64,000 nt of DNA, from NCBI GenBank assembly GCA_002104945.1, contig MCFH01000004.1:310001-374000 (forward strand). Direction: 5' to 3'. The notes beneath the pieces were generated by a model. The model was not told where the DNA came from. It saw only the letters and a program-made list of their open reading frames with translations, and searched no databases. Origin of the DNA: Piromyces finnis finn (lineage: Eukaryota > Fungi > Neocallimastigomycota). This document shows, piece after piece, positions 1-13,902 of this stretch. Position numbers and translations under genes: made by a program. Position 1 is the first letter of the stretch. Each line of letters begins with the position of its first letter.

Positions 1-989
1 CTCTAAATAATACTACACCACCCTTTTTCATTACCTACAATATAACATATATATATAATATAAAGTATTTTATTGAGTTATAAAGTGGTGCTACATTTTT
101 AAAGGATTACAATTCCATCATATATTTAATAATATATATTCAAAAATATTTGAATTAAACGTACTTGTTTAACATTTTGTATTACAAAATCCATTTTTTC
201 AGGTGGAATAGCACTAAGACAAAATATCATAGAGACGATATCTAATGAATCTTCTGGTACATTTTCTACAATCTTATCTTTTGTTATGTCACAAACAAAA
301 GCATTACATCTTTCATTATAATTATCATTACTCTTTAAAAAATAATTATATATTATTATTATTTTTCCATTAATAATTTTATATATACATAATTTTATTA
401 ATATAAAACCTACTTTAACAAATTCGATAGCTCTTTTAGAAAAATCGCAGCAATGAATAAAAAGATTTGGATTTAATTTAATTAATGGAAAAACAAAGTT
501 TCCTACACCACAACCAATTTCTTTAAACATTATTATTTAAAAAGTAAAATTTTAGGAATTACTAATATATATATTGAATAATTATTTTATAATTAATAAT
601 AACCTAATAATTGTTTTTTCTCTCCATTATCTTGTAATTCTTCAAATTCTCTGTCAGTCCAGTGTCTATCTTTAAAAAAATTTACAGTGTTTCTTTTGTA
701 GAATCTAATTCAAATTATTGCGATATTATATTTTTGTAATTTCAATAATTATATTTTTATATAACATTTTTTTTTTAATTATTAAAGTTTTTTTTTTTTT
801 TTTTAAAAAAAATTACATATCCCAATTTCTTGAAGCTTCATTTTTATATTTATTTCTGAAAAAAACATTCATAGGTTCATAATTTTTTTTTATAATCTCT
901 ATTGATTTCAGATATTTTTCTTTTTCAATATTTTTTGGAATTTTATCAAAATCAACAGCCGTTGTCGTCGTTACGGAATTACTACTCAT
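1..989 (-). CDS. METTL6: tRNA N3-methylcytidine methyltransferase (METTL6/METTL2/Trm140 family); multi-exon, 3' end runs off the window
   Basis: ATG at 989 (minus). Spliced reading: MSSNSV...[12 protein letters not shown]|..[22 protein letters not shown]..|[28 protein letters not shown]|..[26 protein letters not shown]..|[13 protein letters not shown]-binding motif I (E-x-GCGxG) and the family FKDRHW motif are present; GT-AG introns. Confidence 0.82.
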
Positions 990-2299
990 TATTTTATTAT
1001 TATTTGACTTTTTTCTTTTGGTTATATTTATTTAATTTATGGCTAGATATAGCTTTTAAAATTACTGTTATAAAAAACTCGATAAAAAAAAATATTGGTT
1101 AAAAATATTTTTGTATACGTACAAATACATTATATCAAAAAAAATTTTTAAATCATATCATTGTGGATATGTATCAAAGTGGGTGGTGTTAAAAAGAAGT
1201 AAAGACTATTAATTAAGAAAATTAATACTAATATTAGAAATGCGATCTAATTATAAATAGTGACGTAAAATAATATAAAGAGTGACAAAATAATAATAAC
1301 ATTTAACATTTTTACAGGTATACAAAGATATAATGTATTCATTATTTTTTAACACTTCTTAATAAGAATCTGTATATATGTTAAAGTATTATTATTTATT
1401 ATCATGAATAATAAAATATATACTTTTATAATTTTATATATAAAAAAGTGTTGTCTGAGTATGCATATATATAACAAATTTCAAAACTATTTGTGTGAAT
1501 GCATTCAACTATAAAAAACAAACAAACAACGAGAGTGGGTAGTGGAATTAAATATTATTTTTACTAAAAAGCGGCGTGTTTTTATGGGAAGAGGATTATC
1601 TTAGTCTTAAAAAATTGTGGTAAATTTTAATTAATAAAAATTAAAATTAAAAAAAATATATTGTACAAGATATTAATAATGATTACATTTTTATATTAAA
1701 AATTGATTAATTATTTTATTTTTTAATATTTTAAAATTCTTTAATTAATTAATAAAAATACATATTTTTTTAAAAAAAACTTAACTTGTGGATTATTACT
1801 CAATATAATTAAATATATATATGTAATATATTAAATGTTAAATATGATTGGTCAATAGAGAAAACCTCAATTTTATTGTCTTTATAATTCTTTGCTTAAG
1901 AAAATAGTATTATTAAAATTGAAAGAGAATAGTAATCAATTATTAATTAATTTTATTCAATTGTAATATATGATTCAATATAATTTATAATAAATTAATT
2001 TATTAAAATACCTCCATCCTTTTTTATATATAAAAATCTTTTATTTTTTATTTTAGTTTAAAAATAAATCCTCTTTTTCATTTCAAAAAATAATATTTAA
2101 ACTGTTACTTACCAATTATATATAGTAGTGTTATTGTTGTCCTTTTTTTTTTTTTTTTTTGTAATAATTGGGTTTATTGAAAATAATAATTACCTTATCA
2201 TTAATAAATTAATAATATATTAATTAAATTTTTGAAAGAAAAAATAAAAACCTTTCATTAATAATTTATAATAAAAGAAAAAGTGAGGAAATAATTAGA

Positions 2300-5200
2300 A
2301 TGTCTGAAGGTATGGAAATATATATGTTTAAATAAATATTCGTTAATAACATATACAAAAATAAAACTAATATATATATTAAATAATTGTTTTTTTTTTC
2401 TTTTTCTTTTTCATTCTATATATATTGGTATATGTGTATTAATAAAGAGAAAGATATTATTGATAATACCTCGTATAATGGAGGGTTTTTAACTAGATAC
2501 AAACAAATTACAAGCACTGTAATGTATAATAAAAAAGTTAAAATATTTTTAAATATAGATAATTGGTTGTATTATTAATAGGATATCAATTTTAATACTA
2601 TATATATAGAAAGAGGATGATTGTATTCAATTCTTTGAACGTAATAACGGATCTTCTGTATGTATAGATTTTTTTTTTTTATTGGAATTCATTTTATCTT
2701 TATAAATCTGAATTATGTTTCAAGTCATTGCTATTTAACCAACATGTAATGAAATTAATATTCTTTAAAAAAGGTTTTTTATTGCTTATATGGAGATGAT
2801 GCTTTAAATGCTGCTCATGATGTATTTAAAACAACTACCGTTTTAAAATATATTTGTGGTACATTATGCTTCTTAATATATATATATATAATATAACATT
2901 ATATTACTATATAGTTATTGTTGAGGTAATTATATATTAAATATATTTCAAAAATAAATATCAATTTATTATTTTAAAAAAGGCAATGCAAAAACGGGTA
3001 TTCCTTCTTGTGTTATATCAAAAATTAATGCAATGAATTATATGAAAGATTCACTATTAAACAAACAAAAAAAAATTGAAATTTATTCAACTTCAAAAAA
3101 TTCACCAAATAATTGGACTCTATCGAAAAAAGTATGAAAAAGGAATAATAATAATAAAAAAAATAAATATATTATTTAAGAGACAAGAGATATTGATATA
3201 ATTATTAAAAATTTATAAATAAATAAAGGCTTCACCCGGTAATTTACAAAATTTTGAAGAAGAAATTTTTGGTACTACTGATTTTTCAGTTTCACCTGTT
3301 ATTTGTGCTATTAGAGTTGAAAGTAACAATAATGAAACTGTAAGTTTTTAAAGTTGTAACATAGCTTCAAATTTAAATTATTTAATTTTTAAGAATAATA
3401 ATAGATAATATTAATCCATTATTTATATTTTATTATATATATTAATAATATAAATTTTAATTATTACTAGAAAATTGGAGTATCATATGCCGATGCTACA
3501 TTTAGAAAAATGGGAATGACTGAATTTTTAGATAATGATATCTATAGTAATTTTGAAGTATATATTGAAATTAATATTATATTTCCAAAATACTGCTATA
3601 ACTTTTTTTTTTTTTTAAAAAAAAGTGTAAAAATAATAACTAAAAACATCATTTTATTTTTCTATTAATATATATATTTATATAAAATATAAAAAGTCAT
3701 TTTGTATTCAGATAAATGCAAAAGAATGTTTAATGATAGATGATCCATTAAATTACGAATTAAAAAAAATAAGAGATGTTTTAACCCGTTGTGGTATTGC
3801 AATCACCTTAGTTAAAAAACGTAATTAAATAATATATTATATATTAATAATATTATGCTACTCTATTGTTTACTTAATTTTCATATTTATTGATTTTTTA
3901 ATTGATGATGATATATATAATATTCCTTTTCTTACTACTTTAAAAATATAACAGAAAAATTTAATACCAAAAGTATTGAACAAGATTTGAACTTTTTAAC
4001 TAATAATGAAAATATTGCATCTTTATGTAAGTTTTTAAGCTATAAATTAATAAATTTATATATAAAATTTTAAAATGGTAATAATTATATTATAAACAAA
4101 CAGCTGAATTTGAAAAGAAATTAGCTCTTTCTTCATGTGCTTGTTTAATAGATTATTTAAAGGTATTTCCAAACTTTTTTTTTTTATTAATGTAATAAAT
4201 TATTAAAAAATTATTAAATTTATTTTTAAATATTTTTATTCATTTGGGTATTTAAAAAAATTGATAGTTGGTTGAGGATGATTCAAATATGGGTATGTAT
4301 GCTATTGAATCTCATGAACTTTCACAATATATGCGTCTTGATGCTTCTGCTGTTAGAGCATTGAATTTAATCGAAACCTCAGAAGGTAAATAAAATTTAA
4401 TAATAATAGATATAAAAATTAAAAAAAAATGTGTATATTAATATAAATTTAACATATTACATATTTATATAAATAAATAAAAAAGATCATAATAAAACGA
4501 TGTGTTTATCTGGTTTATTAAATAATTGTAAGACAACTCAAGGTGCTAGATTATTAAAAACTTTTTTAAAGCAACCATTGAAAGATATCAATGAAATAGG
4601 TAAATATAATAATAAAAATTAAAAAGGACTAATTTTATGAATTCTAATATTAACTTTTTCATTTTTTAATAATAATTAAGAAATGAGATATAATATTGTT
4701 GAAGAATTGATAGAGAATACAGAATTAAGACAATCACTTCAAGTATGTTATACTATCAATTTTATTATAACTATTTTTTTTTCAAGCTAAAAAACCAAAA
4801 TCTAAATATTAATATTTTTTTTATTTATCAATATCATTAATAATTTATAAAATCTCTAATAAATTTCAATATAAAATAAAAGGAGGAACATTTAAAGAAA
4901 ATGCCAGATTTTAAGAGAATTGGAAAAAAGTTCCAAAGAAATACAGCTTCATTACAAGTAAATTCTAAAAAATAAAATAATCCGATTTTATTATTTTTTA
5001 AATATATTAAATTAATGTATATAATTTTTTATAAATTTACATTTATAAGGATGTTGTTCGTATATACCAAGTTATTCAGGATTTACCTCTTTTAAAGACT
5101 TCATTAGAATCAGATGATGGAAAATATAAAAGTATTATAGAAGAAAGATTTATTCAACCCATTAATGAAATAATAATAGATCTTGAAAAATTTTCAGAAT

Positions 5201-7259
5201 TAGTTGAATCTACTATTGACTTAGAGGCTACCGAAGATCATGAATATTTAATTAAAGCTGAATTTGATGAAGATCTTTTAAGTAAGTTTATAAAATGTTG
5301 ATTTCATGACTTTATAAAAATATTTGATTTAACAAAGAAATGGTAATAGACTAAGAAAAAAAATAATAAATTTAAATTTTTATTTCTATGTAATTTATAA
5401 ATAATTAAAAAGAATTAAGAGAAGAAATGAAAAGTCTTTTAGTAGAAATAAATGAAGAATCAGAAAAAGCAGCTGATGATTTAGGATTAGAATTAAACAA
5501 AAAATTAAAATTAGAAAACAATTCAATGTACGGATACCACTTTAGAATTCCAAGAGCTGTAAGTTTTTATAATATGGATTATTAAATTGTAAATAGTATT
5601 ATTTAAGAATTGTTGATCCTTAAAATTATTTTATTTATCGAAATGCATTTTTAATATATTTATGAATATAGAACCAAAGATGTTTAAATAAAAAATCACA
5701 CTACATGGAATTATCAACACAAAAAGCTGGTGTTCTTTTCACCAGTTCTAGATTAAATATTATGAATGAACAATATAAAAATAAACTCGAAGAATATACA
5801 AAAAATTCATCTGCATTAGCAAAAGAAATTATCAACATTGCTGGTACTTATTGTAAAGCATTAGAAACTCTTGATGATATTATATCACATATTGATGTAT
5901 TTACAAGGTATTTTATTTTTTAATATTTTTGAATATTATAATTAATAATCATAATCATAATCATAATAATAATAAAATATTATATGTAAAGCTTTGCCCA
6001 TATATCCGTAAATGCACCAATTCCATATATCAGACCAACTATCAGTAACGACCGTATGTAAACTATAAATATTTTAATTAATAATAATGAAGAAATGGAA
6101 AAATCTCATTATTTATTATGAATATCAGGATAATTAATAATATAAATAATAATATGGGTTATAATTATTATAATTTACTTTGAAAATTAATAGGTAGCTT
6201 CAAGTTGGTTAATGCTAGACATCCTTGTTTAGAAGTTCAGGATGATGTTAATTTCATATCAAATGATGTAGATATGAATAGAGGTATATATATTATTAAA
6301 ACATACCTTTTTTTTTTCTTTTTGTTATTGTTTTATTTTTAGTTTAAATATAATTAATTAATATTTATTTTTTCTCTATCTTAATTTTTAATTATTTTTT
6401 TTTTTTTTTTAAAAAAAAAAAATAAAAAGAATCAAGAATGTTTCAAATTATTACTGGACCAAATATGGGTGGTAAATCCACTTATATCAGACAAATAGGT
6501 GTTATAGCATTAATGGCTCAAATAGGTTGTTTCGTTCCTTGTGATGAAGCTAAAATTTGTATATTTGATTCTATTTTAGCTCGTATAGGTGCTGGTGATT
6601 GTCAATATAAGGGTGTATCTACTTTTATGGCAGAAATGTTAGAAACAGCATCTATTCTTAAATCAGCAACTGAAAATTCATTAATAATTATTGATGAATT
6701 AGGTAGAGGTACATCAACTTATGATGGTTTTGGCTTAGCTTGGGCAATTTCCGAGTATATTGCCAAAAAAATTAAATGCTATTGTTTATTTGCTACTCAC
6801 TTCCATGAATTAACTTTGCTTCAAGATCAATTACCATATGTTACTAATCTCCATGTAGATGCTTATACCACTGATACTTCTATAACTCTTCTTTATAAAG
6901 TAGTAGAAGGAACTTGTGATCAAAGTTTTGGTATTCATGTAGCCGAATTAGCTGATTTCCCAAAAGATGTTATTAAACTGTCCAAAAGAAAAGCATCTGA
7001 ATTAGAAGACTTTTCAAATGGTAATGATGGTGATAAAACTTCACAGGTCAAAAGAAAAAAACCATCTAATTGTTCTAAAGAAGAAATTGATCAAGGTAAT
7101 CGTGTCATTAGTGAATATCTTCATGATTTCTCCAAAATTCCAAATTTAAAGAAAATGAATAAAGATGAGATTGGTATTGCTCTTGCCCAATTAAATATTA
7201 AATATTCAAATCAAATTAATGATAATTACTTCTTACAAGAAATAGTAGACACACTCTAA
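2300..7259 (+). CDS. MSH2: DNA mismatch repair protein MutS homolog 2; many short introns, internal exon boundaries not all resolved
   Basis: ATG TCT GAA G|gtatgg at 2300. Exons give [46 protein letters not shown] and QPLKDINEI. Last exon has the Walker [16 protein letters not shown] plus [35 protein letters not shown] and [10 protein letters not shown]. Confidence 0.95.
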
Positions 7260-8553
7260 AAATAATTAATCATCTTTTAAATTTACGCATCACTAATTAA
7301 CAACACATGCATCTATCCTTTTAAATGAATTCATATTTAGATCATTAATATTATAGTTTTTTTTTTTTTTTTTTTTAAATATACAAAAGTAAATATTTTG
7401 TATGCAAAAATATTAAAGTAAATTAAATCAACAAATAATAATAATAACGAAAACCAGGAAAAAAAAAATAGTAACTTATTTAGATAATCTATGCATTTAA
7501 ATTAAAATAGAGGAGACTACATTATCAAAAATATTAAAAAAACAATAATAACAGCCCATTATAGGGATTATATAATTTTAATTTTTCTAATTCTATTATC
7601 CTTTTATACCATTACCATTGTAAAATTTTTTTTTTTATATCTTATTTATTTTAGTTTATTATTATTGTTTTTTAATATTATACATATTATTAATATTTTT
7701 AATTTCCATAAATTAATCACTTTTAATAAAAACAAAAATAAAAATAATATTGACTATTTTAAATTCTTTTTTTTTTTTTTTTTTATTTTAAGAAAGTGGA
7801 TATTAATAAAAAGTTAAATAGTTTACTTTATAATATTTTTGAACAGGTCATCATTGAAAGTTCAATATTTATTTTAATATAAAATTATAGTATTTCACAT
7901 GAAGTTTTCGGTGAATTGTACCAAAATTATTTTTAAATTTCATCTTTTGAAATAAAATAAAAAAAAAAAGAAAAAATTAAAACATTTATATTATTCCTTA
8001 TTTTATAGTTCAACATCCAACATTAATTATTTTATAAAAAGTGGTAGGAATAAAATATAAATTAAGTGGAAAGTATAAGATTTAAATAAAAAATGTAATA
8101 CTAGTTTATAATAGCAAAACAAACTCACAGTTAAAATACAAAAGCAGAATGTGAAGGGTTAGATTATAAAATACAAAATGTATGAAAATGAATTGTACCA
8201 TAATTCATCCTACAAATACATAATGTAATATGTTAATATATATAAAAATGTATTTCAAGTAATTGTAATAGAAAATAGGAATAATGTCAAAATTTTTCAA
8301 TAATAACAATGAAAAAATAAAATTTAATATTTTTACAATACATATATTATTTATCAGAAGATAGGCGTAACCATTAACCGTTTTACCTATATATTTTTAA
8401 ATTAGTATTTCATATTCCTTTGTTGAATAATAATAATAAATAAATATAAATCATCATATTTTATTCATTTTATTAAAATAAAGCAAATATAATTAAATAA
8501 CCAAAAAAAAAAAAAAAAAACATTCTATTTTAAAACATATTAATCTTTTACAA

Positions 8554-9619
8554 ATGCAAAGAGAACTTTTTGGAGGTGCCATTACTGCTGTCATACCAGA
8601 AGCTTTCAGGGATGCTAGGTAACTAGAATATATAAATCATAGAACTATTTTTATATAAAATTTTAAATTTAAAAAAGTTTTGAAAGACTATAATACTTTT
8701 TTTAATGGATTATTCATTATATATAATATATTATTCAAATATTCAATTTCCCCCATCTTTCTTTTTCTTTTTCTTTTTATTCAATTATTATTTTATAGCA
8801 TTATTCGTGAAGTCCCAGATAATCAAGAAGTTTATGTTGATATTAACACCGACCAAAGTATAATTGTTGAATTATTAGAACAAGCTGAAGAAGCTTCCAA
8901 TGACGAATGTGGATTGTATGTTAAAAAAGAATAAAAAAGATTATTTTTTTTTTTAAAGATAGGTTTACTAAAAAAGTAGCTTTTATTGATTTAATTAATG
9001 TTTTTGATTTCTATTTCAATATAGATATCATTTTAAGCAACTTGCTGAAGATAATAATGCTGAAAATTTTGAAATTATAAAAAATGAAGATATCATATCT
9101 CAAGATATACCAAATATCAAGTAAGTCTCTTTTACATACATACAATATATACAATATATTTCTAATATATTGTATATATTTTTTAAAATTATACAATAAT
9201 AATTTTATATATTGCAACAAATTCCTTCAAATTATTAATATTTTAGTTATTATTAAATAAAATTTTCAATTTATTATTTTTTTATTGATTACAATTTATA
9301 TTATCACAATTTTCTTTTTATTCATTTATTTACTTACAGAATAGAATCTATTAAAAAACTTGTTCTTGGTAAACAAATTATTTCAAAATTTAATGAAAAA
9401 GATCCAGATGCTCAAAATATTGTTAATATTTATTTAGCCGTTATTCGTGTACCTTCCATTGAAACCGATATGCTCATTTCTTACAATTGTCCAGTTTATA
9501 TTGGTAGTAAAAGTAGTAGTAGAACTCAAAGTAAAGAAGGACAAGAAACTATATCTGATGAACTTTTCAAACAATTAATAAAATCATTCAATGTTGTTGA
9601 CTGGGAATTATTTAATTAA
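8554..9619 (+). CDS. MOG1: Ran guanine-nucleotide release factor Mog1 (Mog1p/PsbP-like), multi-exon
   Basis: MQRELFGGAITAVIPEAFRDAS|..IREVPDNQEVYVDINTDQSIIVELLE..|..FKQLAEDNNA..|..VNIYLAVIRVPSIETDMLISYNCP..SFNVVDWELFN*; matches the Mog1 family pattern; stop at 9617-9619. Confidence 0.88.
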
Positions 9620-10294
9620 TTGAACAAGAAAGCATTAACTTTCTTTTTTTTTTTTTCAAGAAAGTTATCAGGAATAAATTAAAAGAAAAAAAAAATATAA
9701 TAATAAATTAATACCATGTTCATTTTAATAACCCACCAAAATTATTAACTCTATAAACGAAAATGTATTAATTTTTTTAAGCTATTAATTATTCATTTTC
9801 ACATACTTTAATATCATAAAATTAATAATATACCTCATTATTATTTCATCTACCTATAGAAAAGTTTTTTCTTTTTCATCAAAGAATAACGATAAGAATA
9901 AAAGAAGAAAAGAATTAAAAAGAAAAGGATTAACCATTTTCAGTTTTTTAATTTTTTATTATTGATAAAATATTTATTTATTTTTATTAATTCATTAATT
10001 AAATGCTATGATAGTATATATAAATATAAACTACTTTGAATAATTTATTAATAACTATAGTAACAGTAATCATTTCCTTTTTTTTTTTTTTTTTTAAAAA
10101 AAAAGGTATAGAGAAAAAATGTAGTAATGATATAAGTAGTAAAGATATATAAAATATCAAAAGGTTTGTTAATATAAATAGAAGAATAAGTAATGATAAT
10201 CGAACACATTTTTAATAACACTTTAACAAATAAAAAATAAAGTTATCAATGCATTTTTTTTATTTTTTTTAAAAAAAGAAAAGTTTAGTTTAAA

Positions 10295-10955
<661 letters not shown>

Positions 10956-11707
10956 AATTATTCAAATTATTTTCTTATTTTGATTGATTGTCAAACTTTT
11001 TTTCTTTTTTATTAATAAGAAGTAAAAGTCAAGAAATTTTTATTATCAAAATGAATAAAGGAATAAATCCACCTTTCTTTACTTTTTTTTCTCTTTCTTT
11101 ACGATAATATTCAATTACCACACAAAATCACTATTACTAAATAATTCATACTTTCATTACTTTTATTATAAAATAAAAAAAAGGCCACTTTTTTTTAACA
11201 TAATAATAAATAATAATAAATTTATCAATTAAAAACTTAAAGTTTTGATATAAACCTTAATTATTAGTAAATTTTTTTAATTTAAATTAAAGTTTTCTTG
11301 TGGATTAATTTTTGATAAAAAATGGTTTAAATATTTATTTCATTTAATATACCATGGCGTATTTATTAATGTAGAATGAATGTATACGTACTTCATACTT
11401 TACTAAAGGTTAGAGAAATTATACTTTTTCTTTTCCATAACTATTACATTGATTAAAATATTTATTTTTTTTTTACTCATTCCATACAAAATTTTAAGTA
11501 GGCCAAATACTATAAATTCACAATAGAATTTATATAATAATTAATAATAATAACAATAATTAATTATATATTCTTACAATTGACTTCCTTAAGGTAACTA
11601 TAATTAATTATTTCTTTATTTTAATTTATTTCATTAAAAGGGATAGTTTTTTATAAAAAAAAGGGTAAATTTTGTTACAGGAAATTGAATAAAATTTTAA
11701 ATGTTTT

Positions 11708-11772
11708 TTAATAAATAAATAAATAAATGAATAAATAAATGAATGAATAAATAAATAAATAAATAAATAAAT
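11708..11772. repeat. (AAAT/GAAT)n microsatellite
   Basis: Visible tetranucleotide run. Confidence 0.85.
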
Positions 11773-13902
11773 ATGGGAATATCGTATTTTATATTTATTA
11801 AAACCATTGTATAATATTCATTTGCTGTATTTTATAATATTTTACAGTTAAAATTTTATTTTTTTAAAGTTTTACATCATCATTATAAACCTTAATGTAT
11901 CATTGAATCTCTATCATTCTGTTATAATTAAAAGTTTTTTCATATAAAATGAGAATTTTTTTCTTGATAAAAAATAAGAGATAATAATCTGTAATACATT
12001 CTAATACAACATTTATTTCAACTACATATATTATCAAAATATTCGTGGCTTTATTACATTGCCGTATTTGATAAGAACAAACTATATTTACCAATAATAT
12101 TCATGATGTATTAAAAATGTGTTTTTATGACATGATTATTGGATACTTTTATTAAATATTATTATATATATAATAAATTATGATAATAAATTATAATATA
12201 TTATAATATATTATACAAAACCTATCTATTCATTTATTTAATCCAATAAATTTAAATGAAATCCAAATTCTATTTGATTCTTTAATATATTGTTTATAAT
12301 AAATAATACATTGAACAAATATATTTCATTTATATTATCTATATAATAATTAATTTATTATTATATATTATCAATTCTAATTAAAGTTGATAGCAATTTT
12401 CAACTTTATATATACTGAAGTATACATCCTTTATTATAATATACAAGCTATTCAATTGTTATATATACTAGAGTATATTACATCCTTTATTATAATATAT
12501 ACTATTCAATCATTGTATATAGAGATAGACTTTTATTTTTGATATAGAAATTAATTAATTAATAATATGTACAAGATTATATATAATTCAATTAAAAATA
12601 TAAAATAGATAATTAGTGGTACATATTCAAAATTAATTGATAATATACGAAATAGAATTATTGATTTATTTTTTTTTATTCTTTTTTTAATTAAAAAAAA
12701 AAAAAATAAAAATTAAAATTTAAAAAAAAAAAAGAAAATTTCATAATAAAAAAAAAATTTAAAATTTTAAGTTTTAAAAATTTTATATTAATATTAATAA
12801 AAAAAAAAAAAAAAAAACGACATTTTTTTATCTAAAATTTCTATTTCTATTTATTTATTTATCTTTAAAGCTTTGCAATTTTTAATTTTCATTTTAATTT
12901 TTGAGATTTCAAAAAACAAAATAAGAAAAAAAAAAGATTGTTTTTTGATTAAAAGTTTGAAATTAATAATAACAATAATAATAAAAATAAGCGAAAAAGT
13001 TAACGTTTGCTTAAGAAAATAATAAAAAAAAAGTAAATATCATAAGAATAGTAATATAAAAATTATTAAACGTCACTATAATTTCAATTTTGGTTTAATC
13101 ATTATTATAATTATTATTAAATCAATCAATCAATTAAAGATGATTTTAACAATTATTAACTAACTTATTTTATTCTATATATATTGCTCATCTATTAATA
13201 CAAATATTTTATATATTTCCTTATTCTAATATTTATGTTATAGATTTCAATTTTATTTCAATTGAAATTATAAACTCTTTTTACAAAATCATAAAACAAT
13301 TTATTCATTTAATAAAATTTTATAATGATTATCATATAGTATTTGCTATTTCGTACCGGAAATATTATTAAATTAATTAATATTACTTTTATTCTTTACA
13401 TGAAAAAGTGAATTTTGAGAACATTTAAGAATAAAAAGCAATTATTTATTTTAATAATATAACAGTATTCGAAAAAAAAAAAAATATATATATATATCCA
13501 TTATTGACAAAACCCTAAAAACAACAACATTTATATAAAAAACATTATTTATATATTTATTTTGCAATAATAATTTATTAGTAATTTATATGAATATCAA
13601 TAGTAAAAAAAAAATAAGATAAAAAAATTTAATTATATATTGATTATATCAATTAAATTTTAAATAATTTATAAATATTCAATCTTCTCAAAACAACATT
13701 TAATATCTTATATATTATCAACATTCATTTATTTCCCCTTTATTATCAAAAAATTAAAGAATTTTAATAGATTACAAAAAATCTTTCTTGATAATAAATT
13801 TTACTCAACTATCAATTTAGAATATTTTACAAATTTCATTTATAATATACATTTTTTTTTTTTAATTTTTACTTTATAAATAATCCATAAACTTATTAAA
13901 AA

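Noticed and set aside
12380-12525. 8-bp hairpin and an imperfect ~57-bp tandem duplication
   Set aside because: Real but short and AT-rich; no TSD, TIR or further copies.
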